Shown: positions 27,938-37,432 of the stretch, piece after piece
Layout: every line of letters begins with the position of its first letter
Numbering within the stretch: position 1 is the stretch's first letter
Origin: an uncultured Brevinematales bacterium
Lineage (GTDB): Bacteria > Spirochaetota > Brevinematia > DTOW01
Length of the DNA stretch: 64,000 nucleotides
Direction of reading: 5' to 3'
NCBI GenBank assembly: GCA_964475465.1
Contig: CAYYXA010000047.1
Location: 20,466-84,465, forward strand
Translations under genes and position numbers: made by a program
The notes under the pieces: generated by a model
The model's input: only the letters and a program-made list of their open reading frames with translations
What the model was told of the DNA's origin: nothing
The model's database searches: none

Positions 27938-28701
27938 AGATGATTTTCCTCGTAGGTGAAAATAAACTTGTTGGCGACAAGGTTTATATAAATGATTCTA
28001 CTGATGTTAAGCATCTTAAAAAGGTTCAGAGGATTAAGGTTGGTGAGGAAATAGAAGCTTTTGATGTTGAAACTTCGAGGAAGTACCTAGTCAAGATAGT
28101 AAGCATGGATAACGAAGGGCTAATAGGTAGAATCATTAGCTTTGTTACTATACAAAGGCCAAAGCCTTTTATTTTCATTCTTCAAGGTTTGGTACAAAAA
28201 GGAACGTTTGAGGATGAGCTACATAAGTTGTCTGAACTTGGAGTAGATTATGTAGTACCTCTATTAGGTAGGCATTCACAGAATTTCCCTATAAACGAAA
28301 GATATAAGGAAAGGCTTAGAAAAATTTGCATTGAATCGGCCAAACAGGTGGGGAATCCATTTCCTTCATCTGTACTTGACCCGATAAGCATATTAGCAAG
28401 TTTTGAAAATCTTGAGAAGCTAATTAATTCGACTGGGGGAAGCAAAAAAAAGATTATTTTGACCTGGCAAGAAGTGAATGGTAAGGAGCCTAAAAATCTG
28501 TTAGAAGTAATCAACGAATTGAAGGGAGTAGACAATATTTTTGTCGCTGTAGGAAGCGAGGGAGGGTTCACTTCGGAGGAAGAGCAGGAGTTCGGTAAAT
28601 TGGGTTTTGAAGCTGTACACCTTGGTAGAGAGGTTTTCTTAAAATCAGATACGGTATGTATTGGCGTTTCTTTTATTCTTAGGTTATTGAGGTACCAATA
28701 G
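27934..28701 (+). CDS. rsmE: 16S rRNA (uracil1498-N3)-methyltransferase RsmE.
   Basis: It has the RsmE C-terminal SPOUT signature (FVAVGSEGGFTSEE...HLGREV). The ATG overlaps the transketolase stop. Confidence 0.8.
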   Translation: MKMIFLVGENKLVGDKVYINDSTDVKHLKKVQRIKVGEEIEAFDVETSRKYLVKIVSMDNEGLIGRIISFVTIQRPKPFIFILQGLVQKGTFEDELHKLSELGVDYVVPLLGRHSQNFPINERYKERLRKICIESAKQVGNPFPSSVLDPISILASFENLEKLINSTGGSKKKIILTWQEVNGKEPKNLLEVINELKGVDNIFVAVGSEGGFTSEEEQEFGKLGFEAVHLGREVFLKSDTVCIGVSFILRLLRYQ

Positions 28702-28732
28702 CTTTGTTTATTCTTGGGATAGGAAAATCCCT

Positions 28733-28750
28733 TCTCAGTGCTGAATAGCA
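28733..28750. promoter_or_regulatory. Perfect palindrome CAGTGCT-gaat-AGCACTG between rsmE and cinA.
   Basis: Read directly. It has the same GTGCT-N4-AGCAC architecture as the palindrome at 7071-7084. No T-run follows. Confidence 0.25.
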
Positions 28751-28919
28751 CTGATTTGGGGGATTGGATGACATTCGGTAAGGTTAATTTTTTGCTTAAT
28801 GTTATATTATGCTTAGTAGCACTTGGGATAATTAGTTAAGAGAGAGTCGTAGGCTTTCTATTATGTTTACTTGATAAAGTGTTTCAGATAGCACCAAAAT
28901 ATTGGTTAAAGAGAGGTTT

Positions 28920-30185
28920 ATGAGGTCTTTTATCATAGGGATAGGTACTGAGCTAATAAGGGGTTTTATATTGGATACAAATGGTAACTACATAGCTAGA
29001 TTTCTTAATTCTTTAGGTATTGATGTTGTAGGTATAGTTATCGTTGGCGATGACAAGAAGATGTTGATGAAAACTCTAAGTTTTGCTTATGATAATTCGG
29101 ACATTATAATTACTACTGGAGGCTTAGGCCCTACAAGGGATGACATAACGAGAGAGTGTATATCAGAGTTCACAGGTATTAAGTTCGTTCTTTCTGAGGA
29201 GATCCTCGAAGAAATAAGGAAGAAATTTTTGGCGGTTCATAGGGAAATGCCAGTTTCAAATCAGAAACAAGCTTTTATTCCGGAGAACGGAATAGTGATA
29301 AAAAACAGAGTAGGTTCGGCACCTGGTTTCATAATAAACAAGGATGGTAAGACAATTATTTCTTTGCCAGGTGTTCCCAGTGAGATGGTGGATATGTTGG
29401 AAAATGAGGTAAAGCTATACGTGATAGGATTAATGACTAATCATAATGAAAAAGAGTTCGTTGTAAGAATATTAGGTGTACCGGAATCAAAAGTTGATGA
29501 GATAGTGGCTGAAGTATTCAAGAACAAAAAGTATGGTACTATAGCGGATTATGGGATAGTGGATGTTATATTTTATTTAGACCACAGTAGGTATGAGGAA
29601 GAAGTGAAAGGGATAAAGGAAAAAATAATTGGGGAGTTTAAAAAAAGTTTGGGATTTGTTCCTACAGTTCTTTTCCTTGAAGAAAGGGATGATATATCTG
29701 TGAATCTTAGAGATATTTTCATGAGTAAAGGTTTTACTCTTTCTGTTGCTGAGTCTATGACAGGAGGGTATCTATCGCAGATTATAACTAGAGCACCAAA
29801 TGCTTCGAAGTATTTCTTGGGAGGTATTGTTTCTTATTCTGAGGTAGCTAAGGAAAAGGCACTTGGAGTGAACAGGGAAATCTTACAAAAATACTTTGCA
29901 ACGAGTCCTGAGGTGACAAGAAATATGGCAGAAAATGTTTTAAGAATTTTTGGTAGTGACGTATCGGTGGCAATAACGGGAATAGCAGGTCCAGAAACTG
30001 ATTCATCAAGCAGGGAAGTAGGCACAACTTTTATATCGGTATTTTCAAAAAAGGATGGAACTATAACGAGAGAGTTTAAATTGTTCGGTAATAGGGATAA
30101 GATAAGGTTTTCAGCAGCTATGCGTGCAATATCAATGCTAATAGAATTTTTGAGTGAAAGAGGTGCTGAGAATGAGAAAAAGTAG
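28920..30185 (+). CDS. cinA: Competence/damage-inducible protein CinA (MoaB/MogA-like N-domain plus CinA C-terminal deamidase domain).
   Basis: The N-terminus reads MRSFIIGIGTELIRGFILDTNGNYIARFL. The C-terminal domain carries the SCTGG-like region (SMTGGYLSQ). Confidence 0.85.
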   Translation: MRSFIIGIGTELIRGFILDTNGNYIARFLNSLGIDVVGIVIVGDDKKMLMKTLSFAYDNSDIIITTGGLGPTRDDITRECISEFTGIKFVLSEEILEEIRKKFLAVHREMPVSNQKQAFIPENGIVIKNRVGSAPGFIINKDGKTIISLPGVPSEMVDMLENEVKLYVIGLMTNHNEKEFVVRILGVPESKVDEIVAEVFKNKKYGTIADYGIVDVIFYLDHSRYEEEVKGIKEKIIGEFKKSLGFVPTVLFLEERDDISVNLRDIFMSKGFTLSVAESMTGGYLSQIITRAPNASKYFLGGIVSYSEVAKEKALGVNREILQKYFATSPEVTRNMAENVLRIFGSDVSVAITGIAGPETDSSSREVGTTFISVFSKKDGTITREFKLFGNRDKIRFSAAMRAISMLIEFLSERGAENEKK

Positions 30186-30483
30186 TTTGATTATTGACAT
30201 TTCGGCTATAGTTCTAATCTCAGTACTCTTGATTTTAGGTTTGTCGTACGGGCTATATTACCTAGCTAACTACAAAGTGGTATATAACTATCTTGTTATA
30301 ACTCTTTCTTTCGTTTTATTTGTGGCTTGGAGAGTTTCAAAGTTTATCAAGCTAGGGGATACAAATGTATCTCCGTTGAAGGCTGTCTATATCTCATTTT
30401 TTAAACCATTGCTTTTGCTTATTGTTATTTTCATACTTATTTCAGTAGCAATAGTGTTATCGTTGCTTTTGAACCTTTACTGA
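30172..30483 (+). CDS. Small hypothetical membrane protein (three TM helices).
   Basis: The ORF is hydrophobic and overlaps the cinA 3' end. It has no recognisable family. Confidence 0.35.
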   Translation: MRKSSLIIDISAIVLISVLLILGLSYGLYYLANYKVVYNYLVITLSFVLFVAWRVSKFIKLGDTNVSPLKAVYISFFKPLLLLIVIFILISVAIVLSLLLNLY

Positions 30484-30626
30484 ATTTTTGTTTTAACCTT
30501 ATCAGTGCTAGAGAACGTTCTTGTTTATTTAATTTCAACTTAGCTAATACTTTTGAAGTTTAGTTATCAATTGGTGAAGTGAAGGTGTGATGGCCTTTCT
30601 AAGCAATAGGTTGAGTGTACTCTAGT

Positions 30627-31232
30627 TTAAGAAATTTGATCCAGGTTGTACCCTAGAGTGCTTAGATCTTTCTTTAATTTGTTCATAGGTACGCCTATTA
30701 TGCTTTCAATTGTGCCTTCGATGATGTTGAAGAAATCTTTAGCTATTTCTATAGCTATTCCGCCTGACCACATCTCAACGGGATTGGAATCAATGTATTT
30801 GTTTATTTTTTCGTCACTTACGTTTTTGAAGTATACAGTGCATTTGTCATGTCCTACGACAAAAATACTTTTTTCGGATGAAAATATGGTGTATCCTGTT
30901 ATTATTTCTTGAAAGTCATTTTTGTAGCATAGAAGCCATTTTCTAGCCTCTTCTTTATTAGAAGGTTTGAATTTTATGTCTCCTTGATGGACAACGACAG
31001 TGTCAAATGTGAAAAGTAAAAAGGGTTCTGTCTTTTCTAGCTTTTTGACAATGTCTTCTGCTTTTTTGTATGAAAGGTACATAGCAACAAAAACGGGGTT
31101 TGTTTTGTAAATTCCTAGTTCCTTTAGGGTTTTCTCTTCGTCAATTTCAGATTTTACAACTGAGAAATTTTTGAAGTGCTTAGAAAAAATTTTTTTTCTT
31201 CCTTCTGAGGCACTGCCTAAAATTATCTCCAT
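30627..31232 (-). CDS. maf: Maf-like nucleoside triphosphate pyrophosphatase.
   Basis: It is Maf-like at the N-terminus (EIILGSASEGRKKI) and the C-terminus (GGIAIE...IIGVP). Confidence 0.65.
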   Translation of the reverse strand: MEIILGSASEGRKKIFSKHFKNFSVVKSEIDEEKTLKELGIYKTNPVFVAMYLSYKKAEDIVKKLEKTEPFLLFTFDTVVVHQGDIKFKPSNKEEARKWLLCYKNDFQEIITGYTIFSSEKSIFVVGHDKCTVYFKNVSDEKINKYIDSNPVEMWSGGIAIEIAKDFFNIIEGTIESIIGVPMNKLKKDLSTLGYNLDQIS

Positions 31233-31316
31233 ACTCAAGTATGAACGTAGAATACAAGCCTTTTCAAACTTGAATTTGATTTTTATATCATTTTATACTG
31301 TCTTACTAAGAGGCTG

Positions 31317-32360
31317 ATGATGAAGAAGAAGCTTTTGTCTTTTGTTGCCTTTTTGCTTTTGTTTCTAGTTGATTTTTCTTTCGCTGAGAGAGTTCTCCTA
31401 GATAAGGTTATTGCCAGGGTAGGAGGAAATGAAGTTGTTAGCTTATTGGAGTACCAGAAGATGAAATCGTTCCTTGAAGAAGGGTATTTATTGAATGGAA
31501 GGACCAATTTAGCTATTTCTAAGGATGAAGTAATGAAAAAGCTTGTAACTCAAAAAGTTTTGCTTGTTCTTGCTAAGAAGCTAAGTATCGTTGTTCCTGA
31601 TGATGATAAAATTGTTAATATCATAAATGACGAAAAGATTATAGATTTTATAAATTCTAACAAGCTATTTAGTAGCCAAATGATATCTGAGGTGAAAAGC
31701 CAGTTTATTCTCTCTAGGCTTATAGGTGCTGACCAAGAGTTTAAAGATTACGTGCAGAGAGAGCCAGATGAAAGTGAGTTAAATAAGGTTCTTAGGGAAA
31801 TTTATTCAAAAGATGAAAATCTGAGTAAGGTTATAAAAGTGAGTTTTATACTTATAACTACATATCTTCCAGATAATTTAACTCTTGCTCAGGAAAAGGA
31901 GATACAAGCAGTTTTCGGAGAGATTAGCAATCATATTTACTTAGGCAGGTATGAGAAAGCTTTAGAAGTTGCTAACAAGAAGCTTAGCAAGTACATTGTT
32001 ACGAATCTTACGAGATATCAAGGTGAGCCTGTTTCTTTACAGAAGTTATACTCTGAGGGTATGCCTATTGAATTTCTTAACATATTGGGTGGTGTTAGGT
32101 TGGATAAGAGATTACCGGTTCCCGTTAATTATAAAGTTGGTGATAGGCTCTACACTATAGCGGTTAGAGTTATCTCGAGAAAAGAGGAGAATGTTAGTTT
32201 TGAAGAGTTCAAGTCTAATGTATTAAGTGTACCTGAGCTTAAAAATCAGATTTATTCGAGGATTGTTGAAGATAGAATCAAGGAGTGGATAAGAAAGTCA
32301 GTTAGTAAGTACAATATATCAATTAATTTTTCTGATGATTCTTATAAAGTTGAGTTATGA
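31317..32360 (+). CDS. Secreted protein with a SurA N-terminal-like chaperone domain.
   Basis: It has a signal peptide (MMKKKLLSFVAFLLLFLVDFSFA) and a SurA-N-like region (VIARVGGNEVVSLLEY). No clear PPIase motif was seen. Confidence 0.4.
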   Translation: MMKKKLLSFVAFLLLFLVDFSFAERVLLDKVIARVGGNEVVSLLEYQKMKSFLEEGYLLNGRTNLAISKDEVMKKLVTQKVLLVLAKKLSIVVPDDDKIVNIINDEKIIDFINSNKLFSSQMISEVKSQFILSRLIGADQEFKDYVQREPDESELNKVLREIYSKDENLSKVIKVSFILITTYLPDNLTLAQEKEIQAVFGEISNHIYLGRYEKALEVANKKLSKYIVTNLTRYQGEPVSLQKLYSEGMPIEFLNILGGVRLDKRLPVPVNYKVGDRLYTIAVRVISRKEENVSFEEFKSNVLSVPELKNQIYSRIVEDRIKEWIRKSVSKYNISINFSDDSYKVEL

Positions 32361-32953
32361 ACAGGATCTTAATTGCTACTACGAACAAGCATAAGTTTGC
32401 TGAGATAAGAGATATATTATCTTCTATTATTGGAAATGTCGAATTTTTATCTTTGAGTGCTTATAAAATTCATCCTCCTAAGGAGGATGGTAAGACTTTT
32501 TTGGAGAATGCTTTAGTAAAGGCTAGGTATTATTATTCGAAGTTGGGGGTACCTGTTTTGACTGATGATTCTGGGCTTGAAGTTGAGGCTCTTGGTGGTA
32601 GGCCTGGGGTTCTTTCTGCTAGGTATGCTGGTGAGAATTCTACTCAGGAAGACATGATAAACAAACTACTTAGAGAGATGGAGAATGTAGCTAATAGAAG
32701 GGCTAGGTTTGTCTGTGTTGCTGTTTTCATGTACGGTGATGAGAAGTTTATATTTTCTCAGGGGGTACTCTGGGGAAATATTTCTTATGAGCCTAGGGGT
32801 GATAAGGGGTTTGGTTATGACCCTGTCTTTATCCCTGACGGATATAATAAAACTCTAGCTGAGTTAGGTGAGGAGGTGAAGAACAAGATAAGCCATAGGT
32901 ATAATGCTTTTTTTGAGTTAGCAATGAAAATGAGAGATTCAGGCATTTTTTAA
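32357..32953 (+). CDS. rdgB: RdgB/HAM1-family non-canonical purine NTP pyrophosphatase.
   Basis: HAM1 motifs are present (ILIATTNKHKFAEI, FGYDPVF, ISHR). Confidence 0.85.
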   Translation: MNRILIATTNKHKFAEIRDILSSIIGNVEFLSLSAYKIHPPKEDGKTFLENALVKARYYYSKLGVPVLTDDSGLEVEALGGRPGVLSARYAGENSTQEDMINKLLREMENVANRRARFVCVAVFMYGDEKFIFSQGVLWGNISYEPRGDKGFGYDPVFIPDGYNKTLAELGEEVKNKISHRYNAFFELAMKMRDSGIF

Positions 32954-33010
32954 ATTGAAACGCTTAATTATTGTGTTTTATAATGGCTAAAAATTTTCTT
33001 GGAGTAGGGT

Positions 33011-34369
33011 ATGTGGAAAGCTTTTGTTAACATTTTCAAGATAGAATCACTTAGGGGTAGGGTGCTTTTTACTTTGTTCATGCTTATAATTTTTAGGATT
33101 GGTACTGCTATACCTGTCCCGGGTGTAGATTATTCGGTTTTGGTTCACTATTATGAAAACTTTGGTAGGGGTAACTTAGGAGTTTTGGAGTTCTTTAACC
33201 TCTTTGCTGGTGGTGCTCTAAGGAACATTAGTATTTTTGCCTTAGGTGTGATGCCTTACATTTCTTCTTTGATTATCATACAGCTACTTGTCTATGTTAT
33301 TCCTTCTCTTGAGAGGATCTCGAAGGAACCGGATGGTAGAAGAAGGATAATGCAATATGCCAGGATAGGTGCGGTTCCGATGGCTATAATTGAATCTCTA
33401 GGGTTGAGTTTGTATTACCTTAGGGCGATGAAAGCAGAAGTTGCGGCTTATACTGGCTTGGCTCTCTTCCCAGAAACTTTCTGGTTCTATTTGAGTTTCA
33501 TTATTACCGTTACTACAGGTACGATGTTTTTGGTATGGATGGGTGAGCAAATAACTGAAAAGGGTATAGGTAATGGTGTGTCTTTGATAATAATGGGTGG
33601 AATAGTTGCTAGGATACCGGATTCTGTGTATAGGATATATGAGCAGATGAGAACTTCTGGTACCATTGAACTCACGATGTTATTAGTTGTTATTTTATTC
33701 CTTGCGGTTATTATTTTTGTTGTTTGGTTTGAGCAATCAGTTAGAAGAATCCCTGTTAACTATGCTAAGAGGGTTGTGGGTAGAAAGGTTTACGGAGGTC
33801 AGAGTACATACATACCTATAAAGCTAAATCCTGCTGGAGTCGTTGCTATAATTTTTGCTTCGGCTGTTATGTCTTTCCCACAGCAGTTGTTGACTTTCTT
33901 TGGTGGTTCGGATTCATCCGTTGTAAGAACTCTAGTATCTTGGCTATCTTTTGAAGGATGGTTGTATGTTACTTTGTACTTTTTACTTGTTATCTTTTTC
34001 TCGTATTTCTACACTTTCATACAATTTAATCCACAGGATTTGGCTGAGATGTTGCAGAAAAACGGCGGGTTTATACCTGGCATAAGACCAGGAGAGAATA
34101 CCTATAGGTTTTTGAATGATACTTTGAACAAAGTACTTGTGCCCGGTTCTATAATAGTCGGTATAATTGCCGTTGCTCCTAATATTCTTTATAGTTCTCT
34201 TAAAGTTCCTACGTATATAGCTTACTTGCTTGGTGGTACTTCGCTTTTGATAATGGTTGGTGTTGCTCTTGATACGCTTACACAGATAGAGTCTCAGCTC
34301 ATAATGCATCATTACGATGGATTCTTGAAAAAAGGTAGAATTAGGGGTAGGGGGACTAGGTACGTATAA
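33011..34369 (+). CDS. secY: Protein translocase subunit SecY.
   Basis: SecY is recognisable along its full length and is very close to Thermotoga SecY (MWKAFVNIFKIESLRGRVLFTL..., GIGNGVSLII, KKGRIRGR). Confidence 0.9.
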   Translation: MWKAFVNIFKIESLRGRVLFTLFMLIIFRIGTAIPVPGVDYSVLVHYYENFGRGNLGVLEFFNLFAGGALRNISIFALGVMPYISSLIIIQLLVYVIPSLERISKEPDGRRRIMQYARIGAVPMAIIESLGLSLYYLRAMKAEVAAYTGLALFPETFWFYLSFIITVTTGTMFLVWMGEQITEKGIGNGVSLIIMGGIVARIPDSVYRIYEQMRTSGTIELTMLLVVILFLAVIIFVVWFEQSVRRIPVNYAKRVVGRKVYGGQSTYIPIKLNPAGVVAIIFASAVMSFPQQLLTFFGGSDSSVVRTLVSWLSFEGWLYVTLYFLLVIFFSYFYTFIQFNPQDLAEMLQKNGGFIPGIRPGENTYRFLNDTLNKVLVPGSIIVGIIAVAPNILYSSLKVPTYIAYLLGGTSLLIMVGVALDTLTQIESQLIMHHYDGFLKKGRIRGRGTRYV

Positions 34370-34439
34370 GATTATCCAATTCAAAAATTTGAGTTTTTTA
34401 CGAATCCATCTAGGTTAACGAAAATTTATATACTTATTA

Positions 34440-34460
34440 TAGAGAGGCTATGCCTCTCTA
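34440..34460. repeat. GC-rich hairpin element T-AGAGAGGC-tat-GCCTCTCT-A. It is copy 1 of a dispersed family.
   Basis: It is a perfect 9-bp stem with a 3-nt loop, 70 nt after the secY stop. The same arms recur at 46321 and 62375. Confidence 0.5.
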
Positions 34461-34616
34461 ATGTAAAGTTTGTATGCTTGTTTATGCTAAATAGTGTGGG
34501 TGTTGAGTGGTATTTATAAAAAACAATTGTTATTAAGCCTATTCTAGGTGCTGGGGAACTTTACCTTATCTTTTGTATTTGAATTCATTTTAATTCAATG
34601 ATTAGAATTTTTTTCT

Positions 34617-35600
34617 ATGGAGAGAGTTTTAAGTGGGATGAGACCTACGGGATATTTACATCTTGGTAACTATGTGGGGGCTTTGAGGCAGTGGGTTCAG
34701 TTACAGGATAGCTATGAATGCTTTTATATGGTTGCAGATTTACATGCAATGACTACTGAGTTTGATCAAAGTATAGATTTGAAAGAGCTTACTATGGAGA
34801 TGGTGATAGATTGGCTTGCTGCTGGTGTAGATCCTAACAAAAGTGTGATTTTTGTTCAGTCCACGGTGCCTGAGCATTCGGAATTGTTCACTATACTTTC
34901 TATGATAACTCCATTAGGTTGGCTTGAGAGGAACCCAACTTACAAGGATGCCAAGGAAAATATAAAAGATAAGGATTTGAACAACGTTGGTTTTTTGTCT
35001 TATCCTGTCCTACAAGCAGCTGATATAATAATTTACAAGGCTACAAGGGTTCCTGTTGGTAAAGATCAGCTACCACACCTTGAGATAACTAGAGAGATAG
35101 TTAGAAGATTTAATTATCTTTTTGGTGAAGTTTTTCCGGAGCCTCAAGCTATACTTGGCGAAGTACCACATGTTTACGGAATTGATGGTAGGAAAATGAG
35201 TAAGAGTTATAACAATGCTATATACCTGAAAGATTCTAAGGAAGAGATAATGAAGAAAGTTAAGATGATGGTCACTGATATAGGAAGGCCTAGAAGGAGT
35301 GATCCTGGGCACCCCGAAGATTGTAAAGTTTTCCCTCTTTACAAAATATTTTATCCTGAAATTGTTGATACTGTTGTTGATGAATGCACTTCTGCTAAGA
35401 TTGGATGCACTGAGTGTAAGGATAGGATTGCGAAAAAATTGATAGAATACCTTGAACCTATAAAGGAGAGAAGGAATTACTATGAAAATCATAGGGATGA
35501 TGTTATTGATATCCTTAAGGAAGGCTCGAGGAAGGCTAGAGAGGTAGCCTCTAGGACTATGGAAGAGGTTAGAAGAGCAGTAAGAGTTAAGTACTGGTGA
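34617..35600 (+). CDS. trpS: Tryptophan--tRNA ligase.
   Basis: The HIGH motif (GYLHLGNYVGA) and KMSKS motif are present. Confidence 0.9.
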   Translation: MERVLSGMRPTGYLHLGNYVGALRQWVQLQDSYECFYMVADLHAMTTEFDQSIDLKELTMEMVIDWLAAGVDPNKSVIFVQSTVPEHSELFTILSMITPLGWLERNPTYKDAKENIKDKDLNNVGFLSYPVLQAADIIIYKATRVPVGKDQLPHLEITREIVRRFNYLFGEVFPEPQAILGEVPHVYGIDGRKMSKSYNNAIYLKDSKEEIMKKVKMMVTDIGRPRRSDPGHPEDCKVFPLYKIFYPEIVDTVVDECTSAKIGCTECKDRIAKKLIEYLEPIKERRNYYENHRDDVIDILKEGSRKAREVASRTMEEVRRAVRVKYW

Positions 35601-35609
35601 TTTCTGTAA

Positions 35610-36275
35610 ATGTCCTTAATCAAGTTTTCAGAAATATTTGTTAGTATCCAAGGTGAAGGTGACAGTGTAGGTAGATTAGCACTTTTTCTGAGAGTTCAAG
35701 GCTGTCCCCTCGATTGCATTTGGTGTGATACAAAGTATTCTGTACCTTTTGAAGGAGGTAATGAATTATCTTCTAGTGAACTAGCAGAACTAATAAAGGA
35801 GTTTGTTGAGAGTAAAGGGGGAATAGTCATTTTCACTGGTGGTGAACCTCTTTTTTACCAGGATGCCATTTCCGAAGCACTCAGCATCTATTCGCCTCGT
35901 TGTGTAGAGTTTGAGACATCGGGTATATATTTGCCTTCGCAGCAGATTAGTAAATATAAATTCAATGTTTCGCCTAAGCTTAGTGGTGCAAAACTATCAG
36001 GTGGTGGGAAAGTTTATGAAAGGATTTATGAGAATCTTAGAGAGTTTGCTAAGCTGAATAGTATATTTAAGTTCGTTATTTCTTATGAACATGAACTTGA
36101 AGAGGTTATTGGAATTCAGAAGAAGTATGGACTTCCTAGGGAAAGAATTTTCTTGATGCCTGAGGCTACTACACTTGAAGAAATGATTGACAAGTCAAAA
36201 TTCATAATACCTTTTTGTCTGAAGCATGGATTTAATTATTCACCTAGATTACAGGTTATTCTCAAGATAAAGTGA
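35610..36275 (+). CDS. queE: 7-carboxy-7-deazaguanine synthase QueE (radical SAM).
   Basis: The motif CPLDCIWCDT and a QueE-like N-terminus (IFVSIQGEG) are present. Confidence 0.8.
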   Translation: MSLIKFSEIFVSIQGEGDSVGRLALFLRVQGCPLDCIWCDTKYSVPFEGGNELSSSELAELIKEFVESKGGIVIFTGGEPLFYQDAISEALSIYSPRCVEFETSGIYLPSQQISKYKFNVSPKLSGAKLSGGGKVYERIYENLREFAKLNSIFKFVISYEHELEEVIGIQKKYGLPRERIFLMPEATTLEEMIDKSKFIIPFCLKHGFNYSPRLQVILKIK

Positions 36276-36307
36276 GAGCTTTGGTGCATTCCTATAGGAT
36301 TTGGAAG

Positions 36308-36337
36308 TTGAAATAAGTTGTTTATTTCTGCTATAAT
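36308..36337 (+). promoter_or_regulatory. Sigma-70 promoter TTGAAA-18-TATAAT upstream of tRNA-Asp.
   Basis: TTGAAA is at 36308-36313 and TATAAT at 36332-36337. The tRNA starts 14 nt downstream. Confidence 0.45.
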
Positions 36338-36350
36338 ATTGGTATAAGTT

Positions 36351-36425
36351 GGGGTTGTAGCTCAGCCTGGTCAGAGCGCTGGTCTGTCACACCAGAGGTC
36401 GCGGGTTCAAGTCCCGTCAACCCCG
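36351..36425 (+). tRNA. tRNA-Asp (anticodon GTC).
   Basis: It folds into a cloverleaf: acceptor GGGGTTG/CAACCCC, D-arm GCTC..GAGC, anticodon stem CTGGT/ACCAG with loop CTGTCAC, and a T-arm GCGGGTTCAAGTCCCGT. No CCA is encoded. Confidence 0.9.
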
Positions 36426-36447
36426 AATTTTATGTTGCCTAACTTTT

Positions 36448-37365
36448 ATGCAAAAAAACTTCATTTCTTCAAGGGACATATCGAGGGAAGAGTTAATAAC
36501 TCTTTTTTCATTATCTTCTGAATTAAAAAAAAATAGGTTCTTGTACTCAGATTTTCTAAGTGGTAAGACAATACTAATGATATTTGATAAACCTTCTACA
36601 AGGACAAAAGTGTCGTTTTTTGTTGGTATAACTGAGTTGGGGGGTACTGCTTTACCTTTGCAGTCTAATGAGTTGCAGCTAGGAAGAGGGGAGACGATAG
36701 AAGATACAGCTAGAGTTCTTTCTAGGTATGTCCACGGTATAGTTATAAGAACGTATAATCACGATGATGTTGTTAAGCTGGGAGACTATTTCAAGTATCC
36801 GGTGATAAACGCTTTGACTAACTATGAACATCCTTGTCAGGCTTTGGCTGATGCTTTTACGATATTTGAAAAGTTTTCGTCTTTTGACGTTAAAATTGTT
36901 TATCTTGGCGATTTCAATAATGTTGCCAGATCTCTTATGATGACATTGGCAATTCTACAAGCTAGGGAATTATGTTTTTCAGGGCCTCTCGAGTACTATG
37001 ACAGATCTATAGAGAGAATAGTATATGAACTTTCAAGAGGTAGGACGAGGTTTTATGTTGAGACTAATCCTGAGAAAGCTGTAAAGGATGCTGATGTCAT
37101 ATATAGTGATGTTTGGGTGAGTATGGGGTTTGAAGAAACTAAAGAAGAGAGGGAAAGGCTTATGAGGCCATACCAAGTTAATTCGAATATTATGTCGCTT
37201 ACCGGTAAAAATACATACTTTATGCATTGCTTACCTGCCAGAAGAGGTGAAGAAGTCACTGATGAGGTTATCGACTCTGTCCAATCTATCGTTTTTGACC
37301 AAGCAGAGAATAGATTGCATACCCAGAAAGCTCTTTTGATAAAATTGTTTGAAAACGTTCATTAA
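36448..37365 (+). CDS. argF: Ornithine carbamoyltransferase-family transcarbamylase.
   Basis: The motifs STRTKVSF, HPCQALAD, VWVSMG and HCLPARRGEEVTDEV are present. It begins 22 nt after tRNA-Asp. Confidence 0.75.
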   Translation: MQKNFISSRDISREELITLFSLSSELKKNRFLYSDFLSGKTILMIFDKPSTRTKVSFFVGITELGGTALPLQSNELQLGRGETIEDTARVLSRYVHGIVIRTYNHDDVVKLGDYFKYPVINALTNYEHPCQALADAFTIFEKFSSFDVKIVYLGDFNNVARSLMMTLAILQARELCFSGPLEYYDRSIERIVYELSRGRTRFYVETNPEKAVKDADVIYSDVWVSMGFEETKEERERLMRPYQVNSNIMSLTGKNTYFMHCLPARRGEEVTDEVIDSVQSIVFDQAENRLHTQKALLIKLFENVH

Positions 37366-37432
37366 GTGTTTGAATCGTATTACGACAAGAATGTATTACA
37401 AGTTTTGATGGTGTTTTCTTGAATTTGCCTTT

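Noticed and set aside
28248-28751. A 167-aa minus-strand ORF.
   Set aside because: It is antisense to rsmE, and no family signature is present.
35070-35492. A 140-aa minus-strand ORF.
   Set aside because: It is antisense within trpS.
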